64,000 nt of DNA from Flavobacteriales bacterium (GTDB lineage: Bacteria; Bacteroidota; Bacteroidia; Flavobacteriales_F; PHOS-HE28). The notes under the pieces were generated by a model. That model was not told where the DNA came from, did not search any database, and was given only the letters and a program-made list of their open reading frames with translations. Location: NCBI GenBank assembly GCA_018057455.1, contig JAGPDT010000001.1, positions 55,956 to 119,955 on the forward strand, read 5' to 3'. This document shows positions 39,024 through 50,700 of this stretch, in pieces (the stretch's first letter is position 1; each line of letters starts with the position of its first letter). Made by a program: the position numbers and the translations under genes.

Positions 39024-41597
39024 ATGCCACAAGCCATACTATTTGACAGCCGCACGCAGATGCCACCCACTTCCCCCGTGAAGCCGCGCCTTACCCCGGA
39101 GGAGGTACTGGCAGCTGCCCTCGAGTACTTCCACAACGACGAGCTGGCCGCCACCACCTGGATGAACAAATACGCCCTCCGCAACGAGCAGGGCGAACTG
39201 GTCGAACTCACCCCGGCCGATACCCATTGGCGCATGGCCCGTGAGTTCGCCCGCATCGAACGCAACTACGATGCACCGCCCGCCGAGAAAAAGACCCAGC
39301 TGTCCACCTATGGCCGCAAGCGCAAGCCCCTGGACGAGGAAGGCATCTTCCAACTGTTCGACGGCTTCCGCGACATCGTGCCGCAGGGCAGCGTGATGGC
39401 CTCCCTGGGCGACCACACCCGCTTGGCCTCCCTGTCCAACTGCGTGGTGATCCCCGCGCCCGTGGACAGCTACGGGGGCATCTTCCGCAACGACCAGCAA
39501 CTGGCCCAACTCTTCAAGCGCCGTTGCGGCGTGGGCTTCGACCTGAGCACCTTGCGGCCCTCCGGTGCCGCCGTCAGCAATGCCGCCCGCACCAGCACCG
39601 GTGCCGTCTCCTTCATGGAGCGCTTCAGCAACACCACCCGCGAAGTGGCCCAAAAGGGCCGGAGAGGGGCCCTGATGCTCACCATGGACATCGCCCACCC
39701 GGACGTGGAGCACTTCATCACCATCAAGCAGGACCTCACCAAGGTCACCGGCGCCAACGTGAGCGTGCGCGTGAGCGATGAGTTCCTCCAGGCCGTGGAG
39801 GAGAATGGCGAGTACACCCACCGCTGGCCCATCGACAGCAAAAACCCCGCAGTGACCAAGACCGTGCGGGCCCGTGAACTGTGGGACACCTTGGTGAAGT
39901 GCGCACACGGCAGCGCCGAGCCAGGCATCATCTTCTGGGACCGCCAGCACAAGTACTCCACTTCCTCGATCTACCCCGGCTACAAGAATGAAAGCACCAA
40001 TCCTTGCGGCGAGATCGCCATGCAGGGGGGCGACAGCTGCCGCCTGATCGCCATCAACTTCTACTCCTTCGTGAAGGAGCCCTTCACCGCCAAGGCCCGC
40101 TTCGACCATGAGCGCCTGGCCCAGGTCACCTATGAGGCCCAACGCCTGATGGACGACCTGGTGGACCTGGAACTGGAGGCCGTGGAGCGCATTTTGGTGA
40201 AGATAGACAACGACCCTGAGCCCGAGGCCGTGAAGCGCGTGGAACGCGAAACCTGGCAACTGCTGGGTGACACCGGCCGCAAGGGCCGCCGTACCGGTTT
40301 GGGCTTCACCGGCCTGGCCGACGCGCTGGCCGCCCTCAACCTGGCCTACGACAGCGAAGCCGCCGTGGAAGCCGCCGAGCACATCATGCGCACCAAGTGC
40401 GAAGCCGAGTTCAACAGCAGCATCGACCTGGCCATCGAGCGCGGTGCCTTCACCGGCTTCGATCCCGCCGTGGAGCGCACCTCGGAATTCACCAACATGC
40501 TGGCGCAAGACCTGCCCGAGCTCCACGCCCGCATGATGAAGCACGGCCGCCGGAACATCAGCATCAGCACCGTGGCACCCACCGGCACCCTCAGCCTGCT
40601 CACCCGCACCAGCAGCGGCATCGAACCGGTGTACATGCTGGGCTACACCCGCCGCCGCAAGCTCGGCCCCAACGCCCCCAAGGAGGCCGTGGCCTTCACC
40701 GATGCCTTGGGCGACCAGTGGGAGGAATTCACCGTGCACCATCCCCGCCTGGTGGACTGGATGGGCGCCACCGGCAAGAAGGACGTGAACGAAAGCCCGT
40801 ACTTCAACAGCACCGCGCCCGACATTGACTGGCACCACCGCGTGCGCCTGCAGGCCGCCGTGCAGAAGTACACCACGCACAGCATCAGCAGCACCATCAA
40901 CCTGCCCTCCACCGTCACCCCCGAGCTGGTGGGCAACATCTACATCGAAGCTTGGCGCATGGGCCTCAAGGGCGTTACCGTATACCGCGATGGATCACGC
41001 ACGGGCGTGCTGGTGGCCAAGGACGACAAGAAGAAGGACGCAACCACCACCAATGCCAAGCGCCCCGAGGTGCTGGAGGCCGACGTGATCCGCTTCAACA
41101 ACGAACTCGAACCGTGGATCGCCGTGGTGGGCCTGCTGGACGGCAGACCCTACGAGATCTTCACCGGCAAGGCCGAGGGTGTGTTCCAACTGCCCAAGTG
41201 GGTGGAGAAAGGCTGGGTGATCAAGCGCAAGGACGCCAAGTCCCAGAAGAACATCTACGACCTGCAGTACGCCGACAGCGACGACTACCGCGTGACCATC
41301 CAGGGCCTCAGCCGCAGCTTCGACAAGGAATACTGGAACTACGCCATCCTCATCAGCGGCATGCTGCGCCAAGGCGTCTCCGTGCCCCATGTGGTGGACA
41401 CCGTGGTGAACCTCAACCTCTACGACAATACCCTCAATACCTGGAAGAATGGCGTGGCCCGGGCCCTCTCGCGCTACATCGCCGACGGCACCAGCGCCAG
41501 CGGCCGCAAATGCAACGACTGCGGCGACAGCGAAGGGGTGTACTACGAGGAAGGCTGCCTGAAGTGCCGCAGCTGCGGAAGCAGCAAGTGCGGGTAG
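39024..41597 (+). CDS. nrdJ: Adenosylcobalamin-dependent ribonucleoside-diphosphate reductase (class II RNR, NrdJ)
   Basis: It begins at internal M29 (MPQAILFDSR) and is ~857 aa. The class II RNR active-site region (…NPCGEIAMQGGDSCRL…) and a C-terminal Zn-ribbon tail CNDCGDSEGVYYEEGCLKCRSCGSSKCG are present. Confidence 0.92.
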   Translation: MPQAILFDSRTQMPPTSPVKPRLTPEEVLAAALEYFHNDELAATTWMNKYALRNEQGELVELTPADTHWRMAREFARIERNYDAPPAEKKTQLSTYGRKRKPLDEEGIFQLFDGFRDIVPQGSVMASLGDHTRLASLSNCVVIPAPVDSYGGIFRNDQQLAQLFKRRCGVGFDLSTLRPSGAAVSNAARTSTGAVSFMERFSNTTREVAQKGRRGALMLTMDIAHPDVEHFITIKQDLTKVTGANVSVRVSDEFLQAVEENGEYTHRWPIDSKNPAVTKTVRARELWDTLVKCAHGSAEPGIIFWDRQHKYSTSSIYPGYKNESTNPCGEIAMQGGDSCRLIAINFYSFVKEPFTAKARFDHERLAQVTYEAQRLMDDLVDLELEAVERILVKIDNDPEPEAVKRVERETWQLLGDTGRKGRRTGLGFTGLADALAALNLAYDSEAAVEAAEHIMRTKCEAEFNSSIDLAIERGAFTGFDPAVERTSEFTNMLAQDLPELHARMMKHGRRNISISTVAPTGTLSLLTRTSSGIEPVYMLGYTRRRKLGPNAPKEAVAFTDALGDQWEEFTVHHPRLVDWMGATGKKDVNESPYFNSTAPDIDWHHRVRLQAAVQKYTTHSISSTINLPSTVTPELVGNIYIEAWRMGLKGVTVYRDGSRTGVLVAKDDKKKDATTTNAKRPEVLEADVIRFNNELEPWIAVVGLLDGRPYEIFTGKAEGVFQLPKWVEKGWVIKRKDAKSQKNIYDLQYADSDDYRVTIQGLSRSFDKEYWNYAILISGMLRQGVSVPHVVDTVVNLNLYDNTLNTWKNGVARALSRYIADGTSASGRKCNDCGDSEGVYYEEGCLKCRSCGSSKCG

Positions 41598-41921
41598 GGT
41601 TTTCATGAACCACTGGACAAGTGCAGCCCCGCCATCCCGGCGGGGCTGTTTGTTGGCAGTGGCTTCATTCGGGGCCATCACGGCTGAACGGCGACAGTCC
41701 AAATCGTCCGCCCTCCGCGCGCCCGCGCTTTTTGCGCGAGGCATGCGAGGTGCCCGGCGCCATGGATGATGCTTCACCCTGCAATCGAACAATCCAGTGG
41801 ATTTTATCCCACTAGTACCCAGGCCCGTGCAAGCCGTTCCTGATACCGTCCCTACCGCAACCCGTTCACTGCATCCGTTCTCCCGGACAACAGGGCAACT
41901 TGCTTCCATATCCGATGGAAC

Positions 41922-44900
41922 ATGACTTCATGCACTACCCTTCTGAAGCGTACTGTTACGAGAAACCGCTACGGGCTGCTCACCTTGTTCTGGATGTTGA
42001 CCTTCGCATGGTCGGCAGTGGCGCAACCCCCCGATGTAATGCCCGCACATCAGCGGTGGAGCACCTACGTGGGCGGCATCGGCGATGACCAGGTGCTCAG
42101 CGTGGCTACCGATCCCTTCGGCCATGTGTACGTGGCGGGCCGCACTACGGACGGCCTGTTGCTGGGCAACGACACCACGGGCAACAGCGGGCTGACGTAC
42201 CAGCACAACTTCGGCGGCGGAGCCTCCGATGCCTTCCTGGCCAAGATCGCACCGCAGGGTGCCGTGCTTTGGTGTACCTACTTCGGCGGCGCGGGCGATG
42301 ATGAGGCCGTGCAGGTGGTGGTGAACGGCATGGATGAAGTGTACCTCATCGGCAACACCACCTCCAGCGATAGCATTGCCACGGACTCGCTCTCCTTTCA
42401 GCAGGGCCCAGGCGGAGGAGCCGACCTGTTCGTGGCCCGCTTCACCGGCGATGGGGCATTGGTGGGTGCCACCTACTTCGGCGGGCCAGCGGATGAGATG
42501 GCCACCGGGGGGACGATGGATGCTTATGGGCGGTTGGTGGTGTGTGCTTACGCCAATGGCCCGTGCGATCTTCCCGGTGGCCTTGCTCCGCAACAGGCAT
42601 GGACCGCGGACAACGATGGCTTGCTGCTTCGGCTGAAGGGCACGGAGGAACTGCTTGCCGCCACCTACATCGGCGGCAGCGGGGACGACCGTTTGGTGCA
42701 GGTGGCCAAGGGCGACAGCAGTGGAGTGGTGCTGCTGGGCAATACGACAAGTACCAACGGCATCGCCACGGTCGGCGCCATGACGGGGCAACTGCAAGGG
42801 GGGCGGGATGCCTTCCTGATGAAGGTGGATACCAGCATGGCCGTACACTTCGGCACCTACTACGGCGGCGATGGCGATGATGAGGCACGCTCGCTCGCCC
42901 AGCATGGCGGCCTATTGGCCATTGCGGGTGCCACGTGGTCGGATTCTTTGTACACCACGCCGCAGTCCTATCAGCCCGGAAATGCGGGTGGCGGTGACGG
43001 ATTCCTCGCGGTGCTGGACAATGCCTTCACGCTGCAATGGGCCACCTTCCTCGGCGATACCGGAGCCAACGCCATAGCTGCTGTGGCCATTGATTCGCTG
43101 GGCGGCGTGTACACGGCGGGCATCTCCGATGGGGGCTTCATCGTGTCCCCGGATACCATCGCGGACAGCACCTTGGTGGTGCCGCTGCTGAAGGAGGTGG
43201 TGCTGAAACGATTCCTTGCGCCTGATAGCCTGGACTGGAGCGTGCATGTGGGTGGAATGGGCGAGGACGAGGCCCATGCCATGGCAGTGATGGGCTTCAC
43301 CACGGTGTACCTCGGAGGGCGCACCTCATCCACGCAGTACTTCACGAACAACCCGCACCAGATACAATTCGGCGGTGGAACGTGGGATGGGTTTTCCATG
43401 CGGATGGACCAGCGGGTCTCCACGCCGTGCAGCGGTATCAGCACGTGTACTGGCGGTGGTGGTGGTAGTGGTGGCGGAGACAGCGATGGATCGTCAGGGG
43501 TGAACCCGCCACAGCCCGTATATCATGTGTGCCGCGGCGATTCCATCCTGTTCGTCGCTTACGGTGGCGCACTGGGCTTCGATGCCGAATGGATGTGGTA
43601 CGCCGATACCTGCGGGGCCAACAGCCGCTTCCTCACCAGCGGCGACACCATTGTCCTCTATCCCGATAGCTCCTTTACGCTTTACGTCCGTGCTGAGGGG
43701 CTCAACCATGTCACGTCGTGCAGCTACGCGATCATCGTGGTGCATGAGCTTCCCGTGCCCGTGGCCCTTGCTCCGGATACCGTCTGCGCCGGTGCGCCGA
43801 TCACCGTGCATGGTTCAGGTGCTGAGACCTACGCATGGCTCGTGGGCGATTCCGTGCTGGCCACCGGTGCCGATGCCACCTTCAACGCACCGATGACGGG
43901 CGGTGTGATGGCCTTGGTCCTGGCGGGCACCAACGGACCGGCGTGTACGGTGGACGTACCGGTGCCGGTAGTGGTGCTGCCTCCGCCCGATGTGCAGTGG
44001 AACATTACGCACGTGGGTTGCACCGGCGAACCCGGCATGATCGCCATGGAGCTGCCCAATCCCTCGGCCACCGATAGCGCCAACCTTACCATCGCCTGGA
44101 TACCACCTTCGCTACAAGGGCCCACGCCCACCGGGCTGGCCGAAGGCTTGTACATCGCCTTGGTCACGGACACCAGTACAGGTTGCAGCCGCACCGACAC
44201 GCTGCACGTGTTGCGCCCGCCCGTGTTGGACGCCGCGTGGCAGGTGGAAGGGGTGGGCTGCAACGGCGAGCCCGGCTCCATCCAGTTGGTAGTGCCCGAT
44301 AGCACGGTGTTGGATTCCGCCTTGCAGATCACATGGGCGCAGAACGGCCTGAATGGGCCGCAGCTCACAGGCCTTTCCGCAGGCAGCTACATGGCCACGC
44401 TGCAAGACACACTGGGCTGCAGCCGCACAGATACCTTGGTGATCACGCAGCCGCCATTGCTGAATGTGGCTTGGCACGTGCAGGGCACCACGTGCTACGA
44501 TGGAGGCGACGGCGCGATCCTGTTGATGCAGCCCGCGCCCGACAGTCCGGACACGGCGGTCTTCACCTTCATCTGGGCACAGCCCGGCCTTACCGGCCAT
44601 GCGCTTACGGGCCTCGCTCCCGGCCCGTACATCGTCACTGTGGCGGATTCCACCGGTTGCAGCCGTATGGACAGCCTGCTGGTAACTGCGCCACCGCCGT
44701 TGATGGACAGCGTAGCCACCACGAATGCGTGGTGCGGCATGGCCACGGGTAGCGCTCTTGTACATACCATCAGCATAGCGCCGGGGCTGCAGTTCAACTT
44801 CGGGAACGGGCCGGACACGGATTCCTTCACTGGGCAACTTCTACCCGGAGGCTACACGGTGAACGCCAGCGACAATGCCGGTTGCGCACAGCAGATCGGC

Positions 44901-45467
44901 TTCACCATCCAAGCCTTCGGAACGATCAGCGTAAGCATCGACGCAGATACGCTGATCGCTGTGAACGACACCACCTTCCTGCAGTGCGTCATGGTGCCTG
45001 CGGACAGTGCGGCCAGCATACAGTGGTCTCCTTCCATCGGCCTTGCCGAACCCACGGCCGCGGGTACAGCCTGCGTGGTTTCCGATACCACCGTGTACGT
45101 GGTGCTGGTGACCAGCCACGCCGGTTGCACCGCATCCGATTCCGTGGTGGTGGTGCCCTTGAAATTGGTGCCACCCAGCATCACGCCGCCCTGTGGCGAC
45201 TTCTTCCTGCCGGACCATTTCTCGCCCAACGGCGACGGCATCAACGACGTGCTCTGCCCCTTGGGCGGCTGCATCACCAGCCTCCATTGGGAAGTGCTGG
45301 ACCGCTGGGGAGGTAAGCTCTTTTCGTCCGAAAGTCCTGAACTGTGCTGGGACGGCACGCACAACGGCATCCCCGTACCGGCGGGCAGCTACGTGCTCAC
45401 CCTGGCGGTGGAGCGCAGCACCGGAGAAACGATCCAACGCACCGGCACCATTACCCTACGGCGATGA
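41922..45467 (+). CDS. Large secreted cell-surface protein with beta-propeller (SBBP-like) repeats, multiple SprB repeats and a T9SS type-B C-terminal sorting domain
   Basis: Length is 1181 aa with an N-terminal signal peptide. Repeated units of the form …D.TGCSRTDTL.V..PP.L…G..C.G..G… resemble SprB repeats. The C-terminus (PPCGDFFLPDHFSPNGDGINDVL...) resembles the gliding-motility C-terminal domain. The stop overlaps the porP/sprF start. Confidence 0.8.
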   Translation: MTSCTTLLKRTVTRNRYGLLTLFWMLTFAWSAVAQPPDVMPAHQRWSTYVGGIGDDQVLSVATDPFGHVYVAGRTTDGLLLGNDTTGNSGLTYQHNFGGGASDAFLAKIAPQGAVLWCTYFGGAGDDEAVQVVVNGMDEVYLIGNTTSSDSIATDSLSFQQGPGGGADLFVARFTGDGALVGATYFGGPADEMATGGTMDAYGRLVVCAYANGPCDLPGGLAPQQAWTADNDGLLLRLKGTEELLAATYIGGSGDDRLVQVAKGDSSGVVLLGNTTSTNGIATVGAMTGQLQGGRDAFLMKVDTSMAVHFGTYYGGDGDDEARSLAQHGGLLAIAGATWSDSLYTTPQSYQPGNAGGGDGFLAVLDNAFTLQWATFLGDTGANAIAAVAIDSLGGVYTAGISDGGFIVSPDTIADSTLVVPLLKEVVLKRFLAPDSLDWSVHVGGMGEDEAHAMAVMGFTTVYLGGRTSSTQYFTNNPHQIQFGGGTWDGFSMRMDQRVSTPCSGISTCTGGGGGSGGGDSDGSSGVNPPQPVYHVCRGDSILFVAYGGALGFDAEWMWYADTCGANSRFLTSGDTIVLYPDSSFTLYVRAEGLNHVTSCSYAIIVVHELPVPVALAPDTVCAGAPITVHGSGAETYAWLVGDSVLATGADATFNAPMTGGVMALVLAGTNGPACTVDVPVPVVVLPPPDVQWNITHVGCTGEPGMIAMELPNPSATDSANLTIAWIPPSLQGPTPTGLAEGLYIALVTDTSTGCSRTDTLHVLRPPVLDAAWQVEGVGCNGEPGSIQLVVPDSTVLDSALQITWAQNGLNGPQLTGLSAGSYMATLQDTLGCSRTDTLVITQPPLLNVAWHVQGTTCYDGGDGAILLMQPAPDSPDTAVFTFIWAQPGLTGHALTGLAPGPYIVTVADSTGCSRMDSLLVTAPPPLMDSVATTNAWCGMATGSALVHTISIAPGLQFNFGNGPDTDSFTGQLLPGGYTVNASDNAGCAQQIGFTIQAFGTISVSIDADTLIAVNDTTFLQCVMVPADSAASIQWSPSIGLAEPTAAGTACVVSDTTVYVVLVTSHAGCTASDSVVVVPLKLVPPSITPPCGDFFLPDHFSPNGDGINDVLCPLGGCITSLHWEVLDRWGGKLFSSESPELCWDGTHNGIPVPAGSYVLTLAVERSTGETIQRTGTITLRR

Positions 45468-46480
45468 AACGCACCATCTGCTTCGCGGTTGCCGGCCTGC
45501 TGGTGGGGCTGCTGCACGGTCAGGATGCCGATCCGTCCTTCGCTGGAAGCGCACCGCTGCTGCTGGATCCCTCGCGCAGCGGCTTCAGTCCGGGTGGGCA
45601 GGTCAGCTTCATCCATCGCGACCAATGGTTGCAATTGCCTGGCACCTGGCGTAGCGATCAGCTGGCCGCCGAATGGTGCGCGCGCAACACCCGCAAGCCA
45701 GTGGAATCATGGTTGGGCATCGCACTGATCGCGCAGCAGGACCGGCAAGCCGTGGAGGGCGGACGGCGCACCGTGCTGGACTTCACGTCAGCGATGCATG
45801 TACGCGCGGGCCGCCGTTCGTTCCTTTCCTCCGGGATCGAAGCACGCTTGGCCGACCAGCAAGTGGGCGACGTTGGTGGAACCTGGGGCAGCCAGTACGG
45901 AGGTGGCCGCTACGACCCCGGCCTGGCAACGGGGGAAGGGTCCGGCACGGGAAGGCTCACCACGCTGGAAATGCGCGTGGGACTTTCCTACACCTTGAAG
46001 TACGAGGAGGAAAGCCGCTTGCGCCGCGAGCTCGACATGCTGGTGGCCGGCATCGCCGCCGACCACATAGGCGGTTTTTCGCTGCATGAGGAAGGGGCAC
46101 CGGTGGGATCGCCGCCCATACGCCTCACGGCATACGTGCTGGGTGAGCTGCCGCATGAACTATGGGACAAGGGCTTCTTCTCCGCGGAACTCATCGGCCA
46201 AGCGCAGGGGCCGTTCCTCACCGGGCGCATCGGGGTATTCGCCGGTAAGCACCTGCTCAATGCCGTGCGCGAGCCGGGTGGCCCCATGCTGCAGGGTTTC
46301 AAGGCCGGGTTGTCCTATCGCCTGCACGATGCGCTGCTGGTGAACGCCGCGCTGGACCTGGGCCGCACCACCTTCGGCATGGCCTACGGCTGGAGCATCT
46401 TCAACCCCAACAAGGCCGTGGCCGGCAGGCGCACCTTCGAGCTGCTGGCACAAGTGCGCTTTGTGAAGGGCGGGAAGTAG
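45464..46480 (+). CDS. PorP/SprF-family T9SS outer-membrane protein, partner of the type-B cargo
   Basis: The signal peptide MKRTICFAVAGLLVGLLHGQ begins at internal M41. Beta-barrel composition is present. The position immediately downstream of, and coupled to, a type-B CTD cargo gene is canonical. Confidence 0.75.
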   Translation: MKRTICFAVAGLLVGLLHGQDADPSFAGSAPLLLDPSRSGFSPGGQVSFIHRDQWLQLPGTWRSDQLAAEWCARNTRKPVESWLGIALIAQQDRQAVEGGRRTVLDFTSAMHVRAGRRSFLSSGIEARLADQQVGDVGGTWGSQYGGGRYDPGLATGEGSGTGRLTTLEMRVGLSYTLKYEEESRLRRELDMLVAGIAADHIGGFSLHEEGAPVGSPPIRLTAYVLGELPHELWDKGFFSAELIGQAQGPFLTGRIGVFAGKHLLNAVREPGGPMLQGFKAGLSYRLHDALLVNAALDLGRTTFGMAYGWSIFNPNKAVAGRRTFELLAQVRFVKGGK

Positions 46481-46631
46481 GGGGCATGTACGTGAAGCGA
46501 GGTAGGGAGCGCAATGGAAGATGGTTCCGCCCTGCACCGGGGTTCGCTTTGCGTGGGCGGGGCCAGTGACTAAATCGAAAAAGACCATTGGTCCCTGCAC
46601 TACCCGTACTTTGAACCGCGTTTTCCACCGC

Positions 46632-46787
46632 ATGAGCCCAACCCCCGAACAACAAGCCCGCGAACGCATCGATGCGATGCTCACCGCGTCCGGCTGGGCC
46701 GTGCAGGACAAAAAAGCCCTGAACCCCGCGGTGGGCCGTTTACGGCAGGCGTTTTTGGAGCGGGCATTTGAGAGGAGGTTGGGGTGA
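46632..46787 (+). pseudogene. Remnant of a restriction-enzyme R-subunit N-terminus (HSDR_N-like; 51-codon stub)
   Basis: MSPTPEQQARERIDAMLTASGWAVQD matches the E..R..ID..L...GW N-terminal signature of type I/III restriction R subunits. It terminates after 51 aa with no helicase or nuclease body. Confidence 0.4.
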
Positions 46788-46790
46788 GGT

Positions 46791-47749
46791 ATGGGTACGC
46801 TTACGTCATATAAGTCTATCGAGGAGAAGCAGGCGGTCTTCACAAATTGTGTCTTCTGCGACACCGAGAAGGATATACGCGACTGGCTCACTGGTATTGG
46901 TGAAGGAAGCTTAAATGGTGTTGGCATGGCATTCCGCGGACTTACACGCGGCAGTTACAAGCTGTACAGCAGCTTGCAGCGAAGCTGGGTTGAGCAAGAC
47001 TTGGCTTTACACCAACAGAACCACAAGGGTATTGTACAGCGCATCCTTGATGAAGCTTTTGAACAACGTGTGAACGGTACATCACTCGTGAATGGAGAGC
47101 GTGACGAGCTTGCAATGTTGTCCTACTTGCAGCACCATGGCTGCCCAACGCCTTTCCTTGATTTCACTTCGGACGTACGGGTGGCTTTGTTCTTTGCCAG
47201 TCAGGAGCCGAAGGGGGCTGGAAATGGCAGTGAGCTTGACAACTACTTCTCAATCTCATCCATCGCGAAATTGTGGATGCCATGAACTCAGGCTTGGCGA
47301 AAGCATGGAGAGAATGCGATTCTGGACATAGGGCGGAGGCTGCACAATGGTTCCGGTCTTATGAGATGAACGCCTTGCAGGATACGCTCATCTTCGAAAC
47401 GCAGTGGATCAACCGGAACTATGGAGGGGGCGTTGTGAGCTTGGATACCTCGGATCGCTTCAGGCGCCAGGCTGGATTGTTCGCGATGAACAACACAGCA
47501 GACCTGCCATTCCCTGAGGCGGTTCATGCATTTGTTGATGCACGTACGAACGATGTGCGGGAGCAGCGTTCGGTCCGAACGTGGATTAATAGCCTGAACA
47601 TCCATCGAAACTATGCGGGGCTGGTCACGTCTTGGCTGAGCAGCCAGGATCCCCCTATAACGGAAAATTATCTGCTTCCGGTACAAGAGAATGAGGGTTG
47701 GATATGTGACATCTTCGACCGCATGTTGGGGAACTGCTCACGTGAATGA
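46791..47749 (+). pseudogene. FRG-domain protein gene interrupted by a frameshift near 47273-47285 (two track ORFs, 46791..47285 and 47273..47749)
   Basis: FRGLTRGSYKLYSSLQR (the FRG motif), LQHHGCPTPFLDFTSD (resembling the HyG.PT.LLDwT motif) and RFRRQAGLFAMNN (the R..Q.G.F motif) are spread over two overlapping frames. GC is lower than in flanking DNA. Confidence 0.55.
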
Positions 47750-47766
47750 TGGAACTGAATTGTTGA

Positions 47767-50700
47767 ATGAATAACAAGATCAACCAAGACGACCCCGCCG
47801 TAAGCAACGCCTACGACGCGTTGAAGAACACGGCGGACAAGGTGATGCAGGGCCTGGAGAAGGTCCGTGAGCACCAAGGAATAAACCGGCGCCGGTGGCT
47901 GTGGGAACTGGTGCAGAACGCGAAGGATGTTCCGAACCGTTTCGGCCAGGTGTCCATCAAGATTGTGCGTGAGCCGGACCTACTCACCTTCGCCCACAAC
48001 GGCGATCCCTTTCAGGTGCGCAATGTGACCGCCCTGATCAACCAGGTGAGTTCCAAGCCCTCGGACAGTATCGATGCGCAAATCACCGGCAAGTACGGTA
48101 CGGGCTTCATCAGCACGCACTTGCTGAGCACCACCATCGAGGTAACAGGCGTGATCCATCGGGAAGGCCGACCAGCCAAGCGGATGCACTTGATGCTGGA
48201 CCGTGAAGGTACCCGCAGCGAGGACCTTATCCCGAAGATTGAAAATGCCAGGGCGCTGGTGGAGCGGATTGACACTGATGCCGCCTTTGAGGATATGCCG
48301 GACTACGATACACAACGCACGGAGCAGAGCTTTGATACGGTTTTCACCTACCCATTGATCACCGAGGATGCCCGTTTGGCCGCTTCGGATGGTTTGGCCG
48401 ATCTGGTGAACACGCTACCGTATACCCTCGGTAACCTCGCCAAGGTGAAGCGGCTTATCGTGGAGGACAGTGTAAAGGGGCAAACGCTGGACTACCGGTG
48501 CAAGGTGGTGGCGAACGATGGCTCCATTCGTAAGTTGTGCATGAGCGCCGGGGAGCAGGTCATTGCCCACTTCATCTCATACGGCAAGGACAACTTGACT
48601 CTGACCGTGGAGGTGAATGGGTTTGAGCGGCCCAAGCTGAAGGCCAACTTCGGGGAGCAACCAAACCTGTACCGCGACTTTCCTCTGATCGGGTCCGAAA
48701 AATTCCACTTCCCCTTCATCCTGAACAGCGTAGAACTGTACCCCAACGAGGAGCGCAGCGGCATCTTCCTGAACGCTGCCGGTACCAGCCATGTGGCCAC
48801 CAACCGGCAGGTAATAGAACGCGCGATGGATTTGGCAGTGGAATTCGGGCAATGGCTGGCGGAACAGGGCGCAAGCAATTTGTATGTAGCGGCGTACAGC
48901 CGTCTGCCTGGCGTGAATATGGACCCCAGCGCCATGGAGTGGTACCAAGAGCGGCAACGGAACTGGCGTGGACGAATACTAAAATTGCCTTTAGTGGAGA
49001 CCACCGCTGGCACCACCATCGCTCTGAAAGATGCGATCATTCCCAGGCATGGTCCTGAAGGCATGGCGAACGCGGTTCTGTGGGAATTGGTGGTGGCCTT
49101 TCATGGACGAGGACGGCTTCCACGCAAGGATCTTCTCGCCCCATGGCTGAAAGCCCTGGGCCCCATGGAGGAATCCGATTCTTGGAATCAAGGCGCCACC
49201 CTTATCCAGGGTTTGGAAGATCTGTTCAAACATGTAGAAAGCAAGGGAGCGCTGGAGGCCTTGGTCTTGGAACCCTGGCCGGAAGGCGTAGCCCATTCGC
49301 CTGTTGACTGGCTTAGTCGGCTGTTCCGGTTCGCCATCGAGCAGAAGGAAGGGGAATTGCTGGACAAGTATGCCGTGGTGCCGGACCAGTACGGGCGCTT
49401 TCACAAGCTCAGCGAACTCTACCTCGAAGACATAGAGGCCCGTATACCGGACGCGGTCCTGGATGTGATGAAGAAGCTCGGTGCCGATTGGCGAGCCCTG
49501 CTGATCCACCGCAGTCTGGATCTGGATCAAAAGAGCCATAAGCGCTGGGGGCTGGCGGATGCATCCAAGAAGGTGACCGAGCTGCTGGGTGGTGACCTCG
49601 CCGAGCAGGCGACTGGTACGACATTTACCGGCAGGACCGATGCGCTGGACATTCTATTCGAACTGATCGCCATCGTTCCTACGGGAGGTCGGAAGGGCTT
49701 TCGCGCTTCACTCTTCAGCAACGGTTGCAGCTTCTTCCAGCGCACTGGGGATTTGAACGAGACAAGCGGTTGTTCTGACTTCAATTTTGCGCCCGCTATA
49801 CGCCTACTCCTGCAATTCATCCATAATCGCATCACTGAATGCAGCAACATGGATGGACTTGCCCTTTTCATGGCCGTTTCCAAGGACCAAGCTGTTCTGT
49901 GGCTGGATAGACACCTGCGCTCCCTTGTTGGACATGATGAGTACAAGGCCTTCCTTGAGCGCGGGAATATCATACCCAACCGGTATGGTGAGCTAAAAGG
50001 TTACGATGCTCTCTACAACTACGGGACCGAGGACCAACCCATGGATGCCGACCTAGTCGAAGTGCTCAAGGAACTCGATGATGCACAGGATTGGAACAAG
50101 GTGCTTGTAGGTGATGACATTGGAATATCTCTGAAGGAGACCCGCTCGATGCTCCAGCTCGGTAAGGCCATCGATGATCAGGTGGCCCAGATTTGGGGCA
50201 AGGCAGCCTCAGAACCGCAGATCCTTGAGGAGAGGCAAGCCACGCTAGTGGCGCTCATCGATTGGTGCAATGCGAATGAGGACGATGCCAACCGCTTCAT
50301 GCCCGGCTTCATGCAGATCAAGGACAAGCTGTCCTTTGACCTCATTATCCGGCCGAACCTGTCCAGCGGTGTCATAGGTCTACTCGGGGACAAGCGGTAT
50401 GGTGCCGTGCTGCAATCCATCCAAAGCCGTGGCTTGGATGTCGGAAAGGTCAAGGAGTTACTGGAAATCACCGGCGCGTTGGGCTCCTTGGACCCAATCA
50501 TCAATAGGGCAAAGGAGATGCTGGAGGAAAAGCAGGACCTCGAGTACAAGAAGGAGTTAGGGGAAGGCATGGAGAAACTGCTGAAGGAGGCGCTCGATGC
50601 AGAAGGCTTCCAGACGCACGTCCAAGGCATCGGCGATTATGACATATCGGTCACCAATCCCGCGAACGGCAAGATGTTCTACATTGAACTCAAGTCGGTG

